From positions 28,460,589 to 28,482,644 of the forward strand of contig JBOZIK010000001.1 of NCBI GenBank assembly GCA_051453625.1: a stretch of DNA of 22,056 bases, read 5' to 3'. A model generated the notes under the pieces. That model worked only from the letters and a program-made list of their open reading frames with translations, had not been told where the DNA came from and did not search any database. The stretch's first letter is position 1. Each line of letters begins with the position of its first letter. This DNA comes from Welwitschia mirabilis. Taxonomy: Eukaryota. Position numbers and translations under genes: made by a program. Below are positions 22,055-22,056 of this stretch, piece after piece.

Positions 22055-22056
22055 AA

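Larger units (their letters stand above)
15441..22056 (-). mobile_element. Athila-like Ty3/gypsy retrotransposon, 3' portion (runs off the window)
   Basis: Integrase C-terminus, a ~1.85 kb 3' region with a PPT-like tract, and a split 3' LTR, all consistent with minus orientation. Confidence 0.75.

Overview
AT-rich, strongly CpG-depleted plant nuclear DNA made almost entirely of nested, decayed transposable elements, with four N-gaps (1340-1643, 11056-11156, 12825-12991, 15888-15987). No intact gene, RNA gene or CRISPR array is supportable, and the ORF-track entries are mostly spurious. In order: (1) the 3' end of a Ty1/copia Sirevirus-like element on +, with an acidic extra-ORF tail, multiple PPTs and a ~1.8 kb 3' LTR carrying GGTCGACC palindromes; it abuts, and probably inserted into, (2) a degenerate plant L1 LINE ORF2 (EN-RT-zinc finger, poly-A); (3) unassigned AT-rich repeat debris with a ~250 bp duplication, whose second copy is cut by (4) a CACTA terminus with palindromic subterminal repeats; (5) a solo LTR with an AATCA target-site duplication inside the CACTA; (6) a decayed minus-strand coding remnant; (7) an Athila-like Ty3/gypsy element on - (integrase C-terminus at the window end) whose 3' LTR, of the same family as the solo LTR, is split by a ~3 kb block. 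That block (15988-18858) is the main anomaly: an almost A-free pyrimidine-rich segment followed by a CpG-retaining, gene-like, frameshifted segment. It is either captured host sequence or an uncorrected-read/assembly artefact. I found no evidence for a novel biological system beyond this.
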